DNA of 64,000 bases from Halieaceae bacterium (GTDB lineage Bacteria > Pseudomonadota > Gammaproteobacteria > Pseudomonadales > Halieaceae), in contig CBDFGK010000001.1 in the NCBI GenBank assembly GCA_965247075.1, positions 1,322 to 65,321 on the forward strand, written 5' to 3'. Below are positions 38,793 to 46,997 of this stretch, piece by piece. The position numbers and the translations under genes are program-made. Every line of letters begins with the position of its first letter. The stretch's first letter is position 1. The notes beneath the pieces were generated by a model. It worked only from the letters and a program-made list of their open reading frames with translations. It was not told where the DNA came from and ran no database searches.

Positions 38793-39273
38793 TATGATTC
38801 CCGTACTCGTTAATATTACAGGCGCACCCTGGAAAGTCCTTCCTCCTGGCGTGCATTTCGCAACCTTGGGAGAAGTAGGAAATATCTACGGCCACAACGC
38901 TACGCGCAGGTGGCAGTTCGATGGGCTTTTGGAGGCCTGCGCGGAGCTCCAACAAGCGGGCTGTGGCACTCTCTACTTAGACGGGAGTTTCGTAACAGGC
39001 AAACCAAGACCTGGAGATTATGATGCTTGCTGGGACCCTAATGGAGTGTCAGATGGACTTCTTCACCCGGTGTTTCTCGTATTCGACAATAAGCGAGAGG
39101 CACAAAAGAGGGAGTTCTTGGGTGAGTTTTTCCCCTTTGGGCTCCCTGCTAAACCCGGGATGTCATTTTTAGATTTTTTCCAGAAAGACCGTTACTCGGG
39201 AGAGGCAAAGGGGATCATAGCGATTGATTTAAATACTGAGACGTTTGGCAAGGCAACAGGAGTCCAGTCATGA
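38788..39273 (+). CDS. Minimal nucleotidyltransferase-fold protein (DUF6932-like)
   Basis: LPPGVHFATLGEV is present at the N-terminus. G-S-x10-D-x-D occurs in LDGSFVTGKPRPGDYDAC. The probable start is ATG 38794. The stop overlaps the next start (ATGA). Confidence 0.75.
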   Translation: MFMIPVLVNITGAPWKVLPPGVHFATLGEVGNIYGHNATRRWQFDGLLEACAELQQAGCGTLYLDGSFVTGKPRPGDYDACWDPNGVSDGLLHPVFLVFDNKREAQKREFLGEFFPFGLPAKPGMSFLDFFQKDRYSGEAKGIIAIDLNTETFGKATGVQS

Positions 39274-40532
39274 TTTACAATGAGAGGCAGTATAAGATCA
39301 CAGGCAGAGAGATCGAAAACCTGAATGCTTCGCTAGAAGCACTGCAAGAAACTGACCAACCTGATTGGCTAAAGAAAGCTCAACTTGAGGCGGTTAAAAG
39401 CCAAGTGTCAGAGCTAGCAGCCCAAGTTTTAGAGTATGAGCTAATCAAGGAAGGGCGAGTTCAGTTTACAGAGTGTTCTGATCTAACTCTGTTGCCCAAG
39501 ATTCTGGTTCAATCACGAATTGCCCGAGGGCTGTCGCAAAAAGAGTTAGGTGAAAGCCTAGATCTGACCGCACAGCAGATTCAAAGATATGAGGCGAGCC
39601 ACTACATGGGAGCAAGCCTTTCACGTCTTATCGATATTGCTCAGATTCTGGGGGTTACTCTCAAGGAGGCTTGGGGTGGAGAGAGAGGGGCAGAAGGTGC
39701 GGTCTTTGTTTGGCAGGAGCCTGATGCCGTGAACTGGGGTGCCTTTCCCGTGAAGGAGATGACGAAACGGGGATGGCTGGATTTTGATCACGGGCAAGCA
39801 CCGGGTGATGCTGTTAGAAATTACTACATGGAAGCTGCGGGAGAGCAGTTTGCAACGGCACTTCATCGGAAAAAGTTCCACGGTGCAAATAAACCCAATG
39901 AATACTCATTGCTTGCATGGCAGGCGCGAATCCTCGAAATAGCTCGACACGAAGTTGCGTCGGGTATGATCGGTGGGTATGAGGACAGAGACGACTGGGT
40001 ATCGGAACTGGTATCGCTGTCTACAAGTGAAGAAGGACCACTTCTCGTAAAGGGTTTGCTGGCTGAGAGAGGCATTGTTTTGGTAATTGAGGAACATCTT
40101 TCTGGCACCTACCTTGATGGCGCTGCAATGCTGCTTGATACCGGCAATCCTGTTATTGGCCTTACTCTCAGGTATGACCGTTTGGATAGTTTCTGGTTTG
40201 TCTTGTTTCATGAATTGGGCCACGTGTTTCTTCATCTTTTTGAGTCATTGGAAATGGATTTTTTCGACGAGGAGGGTGGAGAGAACATGGATGTTATCGA
40301 ACGCGAGGCAGATGAGTTTGCTCTAAATGAGTTGATCCCATCGGAAGACTGGAACCAGTGTATATCCAGGTTTTCGATATCAGAGGAGTCGGTTCTAATT
40401 GATGCAGAAAATCTCAATATCCATCCGGCAATAATTGCTGGGAGAATTCGCAAGGAATCCAATAACTTCACAGTTCTCAGTGGTTTAGTGGGGCAGGGAG
40501 CTGTCCGAGCATCGTTTGGTGACTCCAAATGA
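39270..40532 (+). CDS. XRE-family HTH + ImmA/IrrE (M78) zinc-metallopeptidase fusion protein
   Basis: The HTH spans aa ~78-131 (IARGLSQKELGESLDLTAQQIQRYE). HELGH lies at aa 314-318 (nt 40209-40223), with a downstream EREADEFA Glu. The N-terminal ~65 aa are predicted coiled coil. Confidence 0.9.
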   Translation: MIYNERQYKITGREIENLNASLEALQETDQPDWLKKAQLEAVKSQVSELAAQVLEYELIKEGRVQFTECSDLTLLPKILVQSRIARGLSQKELGESLDLTAQQIQRYEASHYMGASLSRLIDIAQILGVTLKEAWGGERGAEGAVFVWQEPDAVNWGAFPVKEMTKRGWLDFDHGQAPGDAVRNYYMEAAGEQFATALHRKKFHGANKPNEYSLLAWQARILEIARHEVASGMIGGYEDRDDWVSELVSLSTSEEGPLLVKGLLAERGIVLVIEEHLSGTYLDGAAMLLDTGNPVIGLTLRYDRLDSFWFVLFHELGHVFLHLFESLEMDFFDEEGGENMDVIEREADEFALNELIPSEDWNQCISRFSISEESVLIDAENLNIHPAIIAGRIRKESNNFTVLSGLVGQGAVRASFGDSK

Positions 40533-41605
40533 AAATTGATTTCAAAACTTATGTGCCAATTCTTAAATGGAGAATGGGCGAATATCAGGCTCTACATCGA
40601 TTGAGTGACAGAGCTAAGGAAGCAATCATCCCCTTATTACTTATTCCTCCAATCGAGTATGATTTTGAAGAAGAGAGAATGAAGAGGACTGTCGATGAAC
40701 ACATTCTTCCTTTTCCTAAGAAGTATGATGACAAGTGGGGAAAAGGAAAAGCGCTGATTGATATTCATGAGAGCCTCGATCTCGCATCTGTGGAGGGTGG
40801 GAGATTTGCTCTGGAACACGTTTTCGATGATCTAAGAATGCGAGAATGTGCTGCTATTCCAGTCGCACGCATGTCTCGGACCAAAGCCTACACGAATCAA
40901 GTACAGCGTATTGCCGAAGTGGACGAGCGGGGTGTATGTTTAAGAGTTGGCCTTACTGAACTGATGCGGCCAGACTTTAACAGTCGCTTGAAAGATATCT
41001 GCATGGAACTAGGGGTTGAATTATCCGAGATTGATCTTGTGCTGGACCTGGGCGAACCAGAGAATTTCGAGCCCATAGACGTCTTCGCTAAATTAATCCT
41101 CGGGAGGATGAGGAGCATAAATGGTTTGGACGACTTTCGGTCACTCGTGGTTGCAGGGATGTCTCTAAAGCTTTCGGAAGTGAAAAAGCCTGGAGGTGAA
41201 GTCCCTCGATTAGAATGGGCGTTGTATAAGGCAATGCTTAAAGTGCTAGGGGAGACCCGAGTACCCAGCTATGGAGATTATACGGTAGAAACGCCTAAGT
41301 TTTCAGAAATGGATATGCGCCTTCTAAACCCAGCCGGAAAAATTGTGTATACCTGTGACGACACGTGGCTAATTCCGAAGGGAGGATCTTTTCGACGCGA
41401 CAACAGCCAAATGACTGGGCATTGTGCAGAGATTATAAAATCCGGTCACTACCTGGATATAAGCTTTTCCTTCGGCGATAAAAGGATTAATGACACCGGC
41501 AATGGTACAGCAAGTTGTGGAAACCAAACTACATGGAAGCAGGTAGCAGTGAACCATCATATTGAGAAAGTTGTAGACCAACTCGCCAATTATCCCGTCG
41601 CATAA
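40529..41605 (+). CDS. Beta-protein family protein (satellite phage P4 Beta / sce7725-like)
   Basis: The N-terminal signature YVPILKWRMGEYQALHRLSDRAKEAIIPLLLIPP is characteristic of the family. The ATGA start overlaps the upstream stop. Confidence 0.8.
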   Translation: MKIDFKTYVPILKWRMGEYQALHRLSDRAKEAIIPLLLIPPIEYDFEEERMKRTVDEHILPFPKKYDDKWGKGKALIDIHESLDLASVEGGRFALEHVFDDLRMRECAAIPVARMSRTKAYTNQVQRIAEVDERGVCLRVGLTELMRPDFNSRLKDICMELGVELSEIDLVLDLGEPENFEPIDVFAKLILGRMRSINGLDDFRSLVVAGMSLKLSEVKKPGGEVPRLEWALYKAMLKVLGETRVPSYGDYTVETPKFSEMDMRLLNPAGKIVYTCDDTWLIPKGGSFRRDNSQMTGHCAEIIKSGHYLDISFSFGDKRINDTGNGTASCGNQTTWKQVAVNHHIEKVVDQLANYPVA

Positions 41606-42164
41606 GAAACTTCTTGATGTAGCCCGATAGCTCTCTGTGAGATATCAGTTCTGAGAGATTCTCGTACAGAGTCCGTTTAGAGCCCTTGAGTTTGTCTTTG
41701 CTAGCGCCTAGCTCACTGAGTAAGTCTACAGCCTCCTTACGCCAGAGAAGATGAGCCATAGAGTTAAACTCAACTTCCGGGTTGAGTTTTGGAGATCTCA
41801 ACGTCGTAAAATTTACTGCTCCTTTAGAACCCTTTTTAGCAAGAATTAAGCCGCACCAGCTGGGCGCGTTGTCCATCAGAACATCAATATGGTTAGGAGC
41901 AGAGACAATAGTTATTTTCTCAAGGCTCTTTTTGTATTCGGCGAATTGTTGGGGAAGCCGTGTCAAAGTATCTTTGGAACTCTTAATCTCATAACCATGG
42001 ATAAATCCGTTTAGAACGGCAATATCAATCCGCTGCCTACCATGTGCAAGCCCTAGTTCGTTTATGACCATCGCTTTGGGGTTACAATGGTATCTCTTCA
42101 GAATCTTCCTATGGAGAGCATCCCTGATCTCCTGGTCGGATGATTCCTGAGCTGATAATCGCAT
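41529..42164 (-). CDS. sce7726-like protein with a PD-(D/E)xK nuclease-type core
   Basis: IRDALHRKILKRY...VINELGLAHGRQRIDIAVLNGFIHGYEIKSSKDTLTRLPQQ contains a D...E-x-K arrangement. It is convergent with the Beta-protein gene and overlaps it by 77 nt. Confidence 0.75.
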   Translation of the reverse strand: MRLSAQESSDQEIRDALHRKILKRYHCNPKAMVINELGLAHGRQRIDIAVLNGFIHGYEIKSSKDTLTRLPQQFAEYKKSLEKITIVSAPNHIDVLMDNAPSWCGLILAKKGSKGAVNFTTLRSPKLNPEVEFNSMAHLLWRKEAVDLLSELGASKDKLKGSKRTLYENLSELISHRELSGYIKKFLMRRDNWRVGLQLSQYDGSLLPASM

Positions 42165-42432
42165 AGCGCTAAACTCTCACCTGTTGAATCCTATACATCT
42201 TCGCCGATCTTCATTGCCACGCAGAATATCCGCAATAAATTGCTCGGATTCAAGTTAAACTTTCTGTACTAAATCGCACTTTCGGGTTTCCTGGGGGAGG
42301 GCGGCAATATAGGTCTTCAGGTGCCCCCATGTTTCTTGGTCGAGAAATCGTTCCTGGACGGTTGCTCCTGGCGAGGATTTTCAATTACCAGTGGCGCATC
42401 GACGGTAGCTGGTGCCCATCCATAAATGGATG

Positions 42433-42467
42433 TTTTTTTAAAAAACACCCTGTTCCAGCCACAGGGT
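42433..42467 (-). terminator. Candidate Rho-independent terminator (minus strand)
   Basis: The stem is ACCCTGT/ACAGGGT with a 7-nt loop. On the minus strand GTTTTTT follows it. Confidence 0.4.
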
Positions 42468-42616
42468 TCCGGTTCACAACTCTACCGGCTTATAAGTGGC
42501 CATACATTGACCGGGATGGTCACCTTATGACCCATTACCCCGATTTTATGCCACAGATTACTGCTGCACAGCCCATAAGAGTACAGATATTGGGTTATCT
42601 GGGCCAACCCTTGTGT

Positions 42617-42976
42617 TTACCCGGAATCGAGCCGCGCCAAACGCACCAGGTTGTAGCTCAGAACCGAAGACCAGACATAAGCCTTGCAGCCATCAAACCC
42701 TTTCCAGTTTGCCTTCGTTGCACCAAAGGCTCGTTTTAGTTCTGAGATATTTCCTTCTACCCCCGCCCGAAAATTGCGCAATTGAGTAAACGTTTTCGAT
42801 GTAACGCCCATGGCGTGAAGCGACAAACCGACCGGCTTATGGAAGACCACACGCTTAACACCCAGCCCCCTTCCTTGTGTCACATTTTCCTGGCTGGCAT
42901 AGCCACCGTCAGCCACGACCGAATGCGGTAGGCGGTGCAGCTTCGACCGATGAAAATATAGCACTGGCATCAACAA
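42617..42976 (-). mobile_element. C-terminal fragment of a DDE transposase (IS4/IS5-superfamily type)
   Basis: ADGGYASQEN and the RAGVEGNISELKRAFG...YVWSSVLSYNLVRLAR tail are present. The N-terminal two thirds are missing. Confidence 0.65.
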
Positions 42977-42984
42977 ACTGCTTG

Positions 42985-43194
42985 ATCCTGCCCACCAACA
43001 GTGGACACCTCACCAAGCGCTCAAAGGGCTGCCTTTCCAGAGATGGCATGCTGCACATGATGTTCAAACCGGGTATGTGCGCCGAGAAAAAATGGCGCCG
43101 CCTGCGCGGGTTTAACTACCTGGCGAAGGTGATTACGGGAATCGAATGTAAAGATGGAATCGAGGTGATAAAAGTTGACCGGGTCGCCGCTTGA
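42985..43194 (+). mobile_element. C-terminal fragment of an IS256-family (mutator-type) transposase
   Basis: TKRSKGCLSRDGMLHMMFKPGMCAEKKWRRLRGFNYLAKVITGIECKDG matches the conserved IS256 C-terminus. It abuts the other IS fragment. Confidence 0.65.
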
Positions 43195-43489
43195 ATCAGG
43201 TGTTGAAACACCACTTTTGACAATAACTCCATCGAACTGCACCTCATGCAGGTTGCTCTGCCTGATGCCAGTGTGCACCACTATGAACCACTGGTTGGCG
43301 GCCTGACACTCCCCGGTCCGGATGACCGTCATGTGCCGGCTGCTGCAATTAAGTGCGGTGCCCTCTGTCATGCGGTGTTTCCTCTGTTGGCTGTTGATTC
43401 CGGTAGATCTTTCAACAGAGCACACCGCATCTTATTTTTCAGGTCATACACCAGAAACCATCATAGCTCCACCGGCACAGGTATCAGGC

Positions 43490-44722
43490 CTACATGCGCT
43501 CGATAATAATGGCGGGCGCCATACCGCCGCCGGCACACATGGTTACCAGGCCGAACTGCTTGTCGGCGCGCTCCAACTCATCAAGCACGGTGCCGATCAG
43601 GATGGAACCGGTCGCCCCAATCGGGTGACCGAGTGCCATAGCGCCACCGTTCACATTGACCTTTTCCCGGTCCAGGTCCAGATGGCGAATAAACCTTTCC
43701 GTAACCACGGAAAAGGCCTCGTTGATTTCGAACAAGTCGATATCCGCAACGCTCAAGCCAGCTTTTGCCAGGGCCTTTTGAGCCGCTGGTACCGGTGCAT
43801 TCAGCATCAGGGTAGGAGAATCGCCCATATTACACACGGCAACAATTTTTGCCCTGGGCTTCATACCGTGCGCCTTGGCGTACTCTGGTGAGGCCAGTAA
43901 TACCGCGGCGGCCCCGTCTACCACACCGGAGGAATTGCCGGCGTGATGTACGAAATTGATCTCGAGATCGGGATACTTTTTCAATATCAGGCTGCGGAAA
44001 GTGGTGCCGGCCTCATCCAGCGGGTAGTCGACCAGGGCGGCGAAAGAGGGCTTTAGTTCTGCCAGGGTCTCCATGGTGGTCTGCGGGCGTGGAAACTCTT
44101 CATGATCCAGTGCCAGTGAGCCGTCCTCGTTATAGACCGGTACCAGTGACTTGTCGAAATGACCGTTGGCAATAGCGTGGGCCGCGCGCTGTTGTGACAG
44201 CACAGCCAGGTTATCCACCGCTTGGCGGTCAATTCCTTCCAGGGTGGCAATGGCGTCGGCACAAACGCCCTGGTGAGGCTGAGGGTGAACCTCTCGCAAA
44301 CGCAGGTTGTCACTGTCGATAAACGGAGACAACCCCTGGATCTGGCTGTAATGCGACATCATCTCGGTGCCGCCACCGATACACAAATCCTCCATGCCGG
44401 CCATAATGCTACTGCCGGCGATGTTGACAGTGGTAATGCCTGAGCCACAAAAACGGTCCAGGGTGACTCCGCTGGCGCGCACGTCGTAACCGGCATCCAG
44501 GGCCGCCATGCGACCCAGGTCGCCGCCCTGCAGACCTTTCTGCTGACTGGTTCCCCAAACGATGTCATCGACATCGGCTGTATTGAGGTCGTTGCGTTCG
44601 GCAATGGCCTTGAGCACAGTGGCACCCAGGTGTTGGGGGTGTACATGTGCCAGTGCACCTTTACCCACTTTTCCAATACCGCGAGGAGTGCGGCAGGCAT
44701 CAATAATCCAGGCTTCAGACAT
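43490..44722 (-). CDS. Acetyl-CoA acetyltransferase / 3-ketoacyl-CoA thiolase
   Basis: Motifs are MSEAWIIDACRTPRG, the Cys nucleophile in DRFCGSGI, NGGAMALGHPIGATG and CAGGGMA. The start was moved to ATG 44722. Confidence 0.92.
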   Translation of the reverse strand: MSEAWIIDACRTPRGIGKVGKGALAHVHPQHLGATVLKAIAERNDLNTADVDDIVWGTSQQKGLQGGDLGRMAALDAGYDVRASGVTLDRFCGSGITTVNIAGSSIMAGMEDLCIGGGTEMMSHYSQIQGLSPFIDSDNLRLREVHPQPHQGVCADAIATLEGIDRQAVDNLAVLSQQRAAHAIANGHFDKSLVPVYNEDGSLALDHEEFPRPQTTMETLAELKPSFAALVDYPLDEAGTTFRSLILKKYPDLEINFVHHAGNSSGVVDGAAAVLLASPEYAKAHGMKPRAKIVAVCNMGDSPTLMLNAPVPAAQKALAKAGLSVADIDLFEINEAFSVVTERFIRHLDLDREKVNVNGGAMALGHPIGATGSILIGTVLDELERADKQFGLVTMCAGGGMAPAIIIERM

Positions 44723-44723
44723 A

Positions 44724-45488
44724 TTATTTCCCTTTCCAGTTGGGTGCACGTTTTTCAGCGAAGGCCGTGGCGCCTTCAATGGCGTCTTCGCTGGTGAACA
44801 CGGGATTAACAATATCTTGTTGGTTTTTGAACATCTCACCCAAGGTCCAATCGCTCTGGTTCTGGACAACTTGCTTGCTCTTGGCCACAGCCAGCGGGCC
44901 ATTGGCGGCGATTTTACCGGCCAGTGCCTGGGCGGCCTCCAGTGCCGTTCCCGCTGGCACGAGCTGGTTGATCAGGCCCAGTTCGTAGGCCCGCTGCGCC
45001 GAAATGAAATCACCCGTCAGTGCTAACTCCATGGCTATGCGGGATGGAATCTGGCGGGGCAGCTTAATCAGGCCACCGGCAGCAGCGGTGAGACCGCGCC
45101 TGGTCTCCGGGATACCGAACATGGCGTTATCGGCGGCGACAATTAGATCGCAGGAAATGGCCATTTCCAGTCCGCCGGCCAGGGCGTAGCCCTCTACTGC
45201 GGCAATCAGAGGTTTCTTCGGTGAAGCTTCAGTCAGGCCGGCAAAGCCGCGGCCCGGGATGTGGGGCGTCTCGCCGGTGATAAATGCTTTCAGGTCCATA
45301 CCGGAGCAGAACGAGCCACCGGCGCCAGTGATGATGGCAACGCGCAGCTCATCATTGCTGTCCAACTCATCCATGGCAGCGGCAACCGCTGCTGCCAGGG
45401 CCCGATTAACGGCATTTTTCGCCTTGGGGCGATTGAGGGTAACGACAAGAACGCCATCTTCGACGCTGGTTAATACTTCATCAGACAT
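44724..45488 (-). CDS. Enoyl-CoA hydratase/isomerase (crotonase family)
   Basis: LNRPKAKNA, GAGGSFCSGMDLK and AAVEGYALAGGLEMA motifs are present. Confidence 0.9.
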   Translation of the reverse strand: MSDEVLTSVEDGVLVVTLNRPKAKNAVNRALAAAVAAAMDELDSNDELRVAIITGAGGSFCSGMDLKAFITGETPHIPGRGFAGLTEASPKKPLIAAVEGYALAGGLEMAISCDLIVAADNAMFGIPETRRGLTAAAGGLIKLPRQIPSRIAMELALTGDFISAQRAYELGLINQLVPAGTALEAAQALAGKIAANGPLAVAKSKQVVQNQSDWTLGEMFKNQQDIVNPVFTSEDAIEGATAFAEKRAPNWKGK

Positions 45489-45966
45489 AAGTTTTCTCCC
45501 GGTAATGGTATTAATTGATCAGTGATACACCGGCTTCGGCCACTGGTGCGACCATTGCGGCTCGGCGGCCGGCTTCTGCACTCGAGGCGGTGCCAATTTC
45601 GGCGCGTAGTTGTAGGCTTCGACCATGAAGTAATCCTGGCAAAGTCCGCCCGCGCTCGACACGTATTCCGGGCGTGCCTGCGGGCACCGGTATCTGCGAT
45701 TGTTGCAGGTGGCGATTGGCGTTGTCCTGCGGCCTCTCATTTAATTCCAGCGAGGCGTCGCTATCGGAGGCCGGTCAGTCTGTGGCTTGGACCGTAAATC
45801 GACAATGACGCATGGCAACAAAAAAATATACCGCAAATGATACCGGCTCACTGGGAATACCGGGATAAAAATTTGTACTGTGCCTGCAGGCCCTGCCGGG
45901 TTCGTACACTCGCACCCAATCTGCCTGCACATCAAAGCCGTGATCCACTTGTTCATGGCTTGGTCC

Positions 45967-46947
45967 TTAGGCCAGGGCTCTTTGGTACAGCTCGCTGTTT
46001 ATGTTGCCACCGCTGAGCACCACCCCGATGCATTTACCTCGATTGCATTGTGCATCCTGCAGGGCGGCGGCGAGCGGGGCCGCACCGGCGCCTTCGGCGA
46101 CGTTATGGGTGTCGCTGAAGTAGTGACCTATCGCGGCCAGCACCTCGGCGTCGCTTACTCGCACAATGCCGGCCAGATTGCCGGTCATGATAGCCAGGGC
46201 CTCGGGGCTGGGTACTCTAACCGCCATGCCATCTGCCAGGGTGTCGGCCGAATCGGTTTCGATGCATGCGCCGGCCGCCAGTGATCGCGCATAGCAGTCA
46301 GCCTCGGTGGAGACCACACCGATGATTTCGGTATCGGCACCCAGCGCATTGCGTGCGCTGATCATGCCGCAAATCCCCGAGCCAAGGCCGATCGGAACAT
46401 AAACGCGTTCCAGTTGCGGCCGCGCCCTGAGAAATTCCAGACTGTAGCTGGCGACGCCCTGCACCAGGTCCATATGAAAGGAGGGCATCTTGTGCAGACC
46501 CCGCTCATCTGCCAGTTGTTGTGCGTAGGGTACGGCCGCATCGAAATCCTTGCCGTGCACAACCAGTTCGGCGCCCAGTGCCTGTATGGCGCGATTTTTG
46601 TCCGGGTTGTTGCCCTCTGGTACTACGACTACGGCCTGTAGGCCAAGCAGGCCTGCAGCGAAGGCGACACTCTGGCCATGATTACCGCGCGTAGCGGTGA
46701 CGATTCCGGTAACGGTGGGGTCGGCAGCTTGCAGTCGCTGCATAAATACCAGTCCGCCGCGTACTTTAAAGGCGCCGGTGGGGTTGTGATTTTCGTGTTT
46801 AACCCACAGCTCGCAGCCGCAGCGTTCGTTCAACAGGGGCCAATGTAGCTGTGGCGATGGCTGCATATGCTGGTACACTTGCTCGGCTGCGATTTCCAGC
46901 GCGGCAAGTTCGGGCAGAGTGACAGTAAGAGTGGCAGTAATAGACAT
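45967..46947 (-). CDS. PLP-dependent threonine/serine dehydratase family enzyme
   Basis: The PLP-Lys motif is HNPTGAFKVRGG. GNHGQSVA and a GLGSGICG glycine loop are also present. Confidence 0.85.
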   Translation of the reverse strand: MSITATLTVTLPELAALEIAAEQVYQHMQPSPQLHWPLLNERCGCELWVKHENHNPTGAFKVRGGLVFMQRLQAADPTVTGIVTATRGNHGQSVAFAAGLLGLQAVVVVPEGNNPDKNRAIQALGAELVVHGKDFDAAVPYAQQLADERGLHKMPSFHMDLVQGVASYSLEFLRARPQLERVYVPIGLGSGICGMISARNALGADTEIIGVVSTEADCYARSLAAGACIETDSADTLADGMAVRVPSPEALAIMTGNLAGIVRVSDAEVLAAIGHYFSDTHNVAEGAGAAPLAAALQDAQCNRGKCIGVVLSGGNINSELYQRALA

Positions 46948-46997
46948 GCTGGTGTCCGGACGCTAAAAAAGAATTATGCTACCGGGAAACCCTGACG

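Noticed and set aside
37964-43489. Interpretation of the low-GC island as a prophage, because of the XRE/ImmA-type gene
   Set aside because: No integrase, excisionase, replication, capsid, tail or lysis genes are present, and the region is only about 4-5 kb. It looks like a cargo or defence islet with IS debris rather than a phage.
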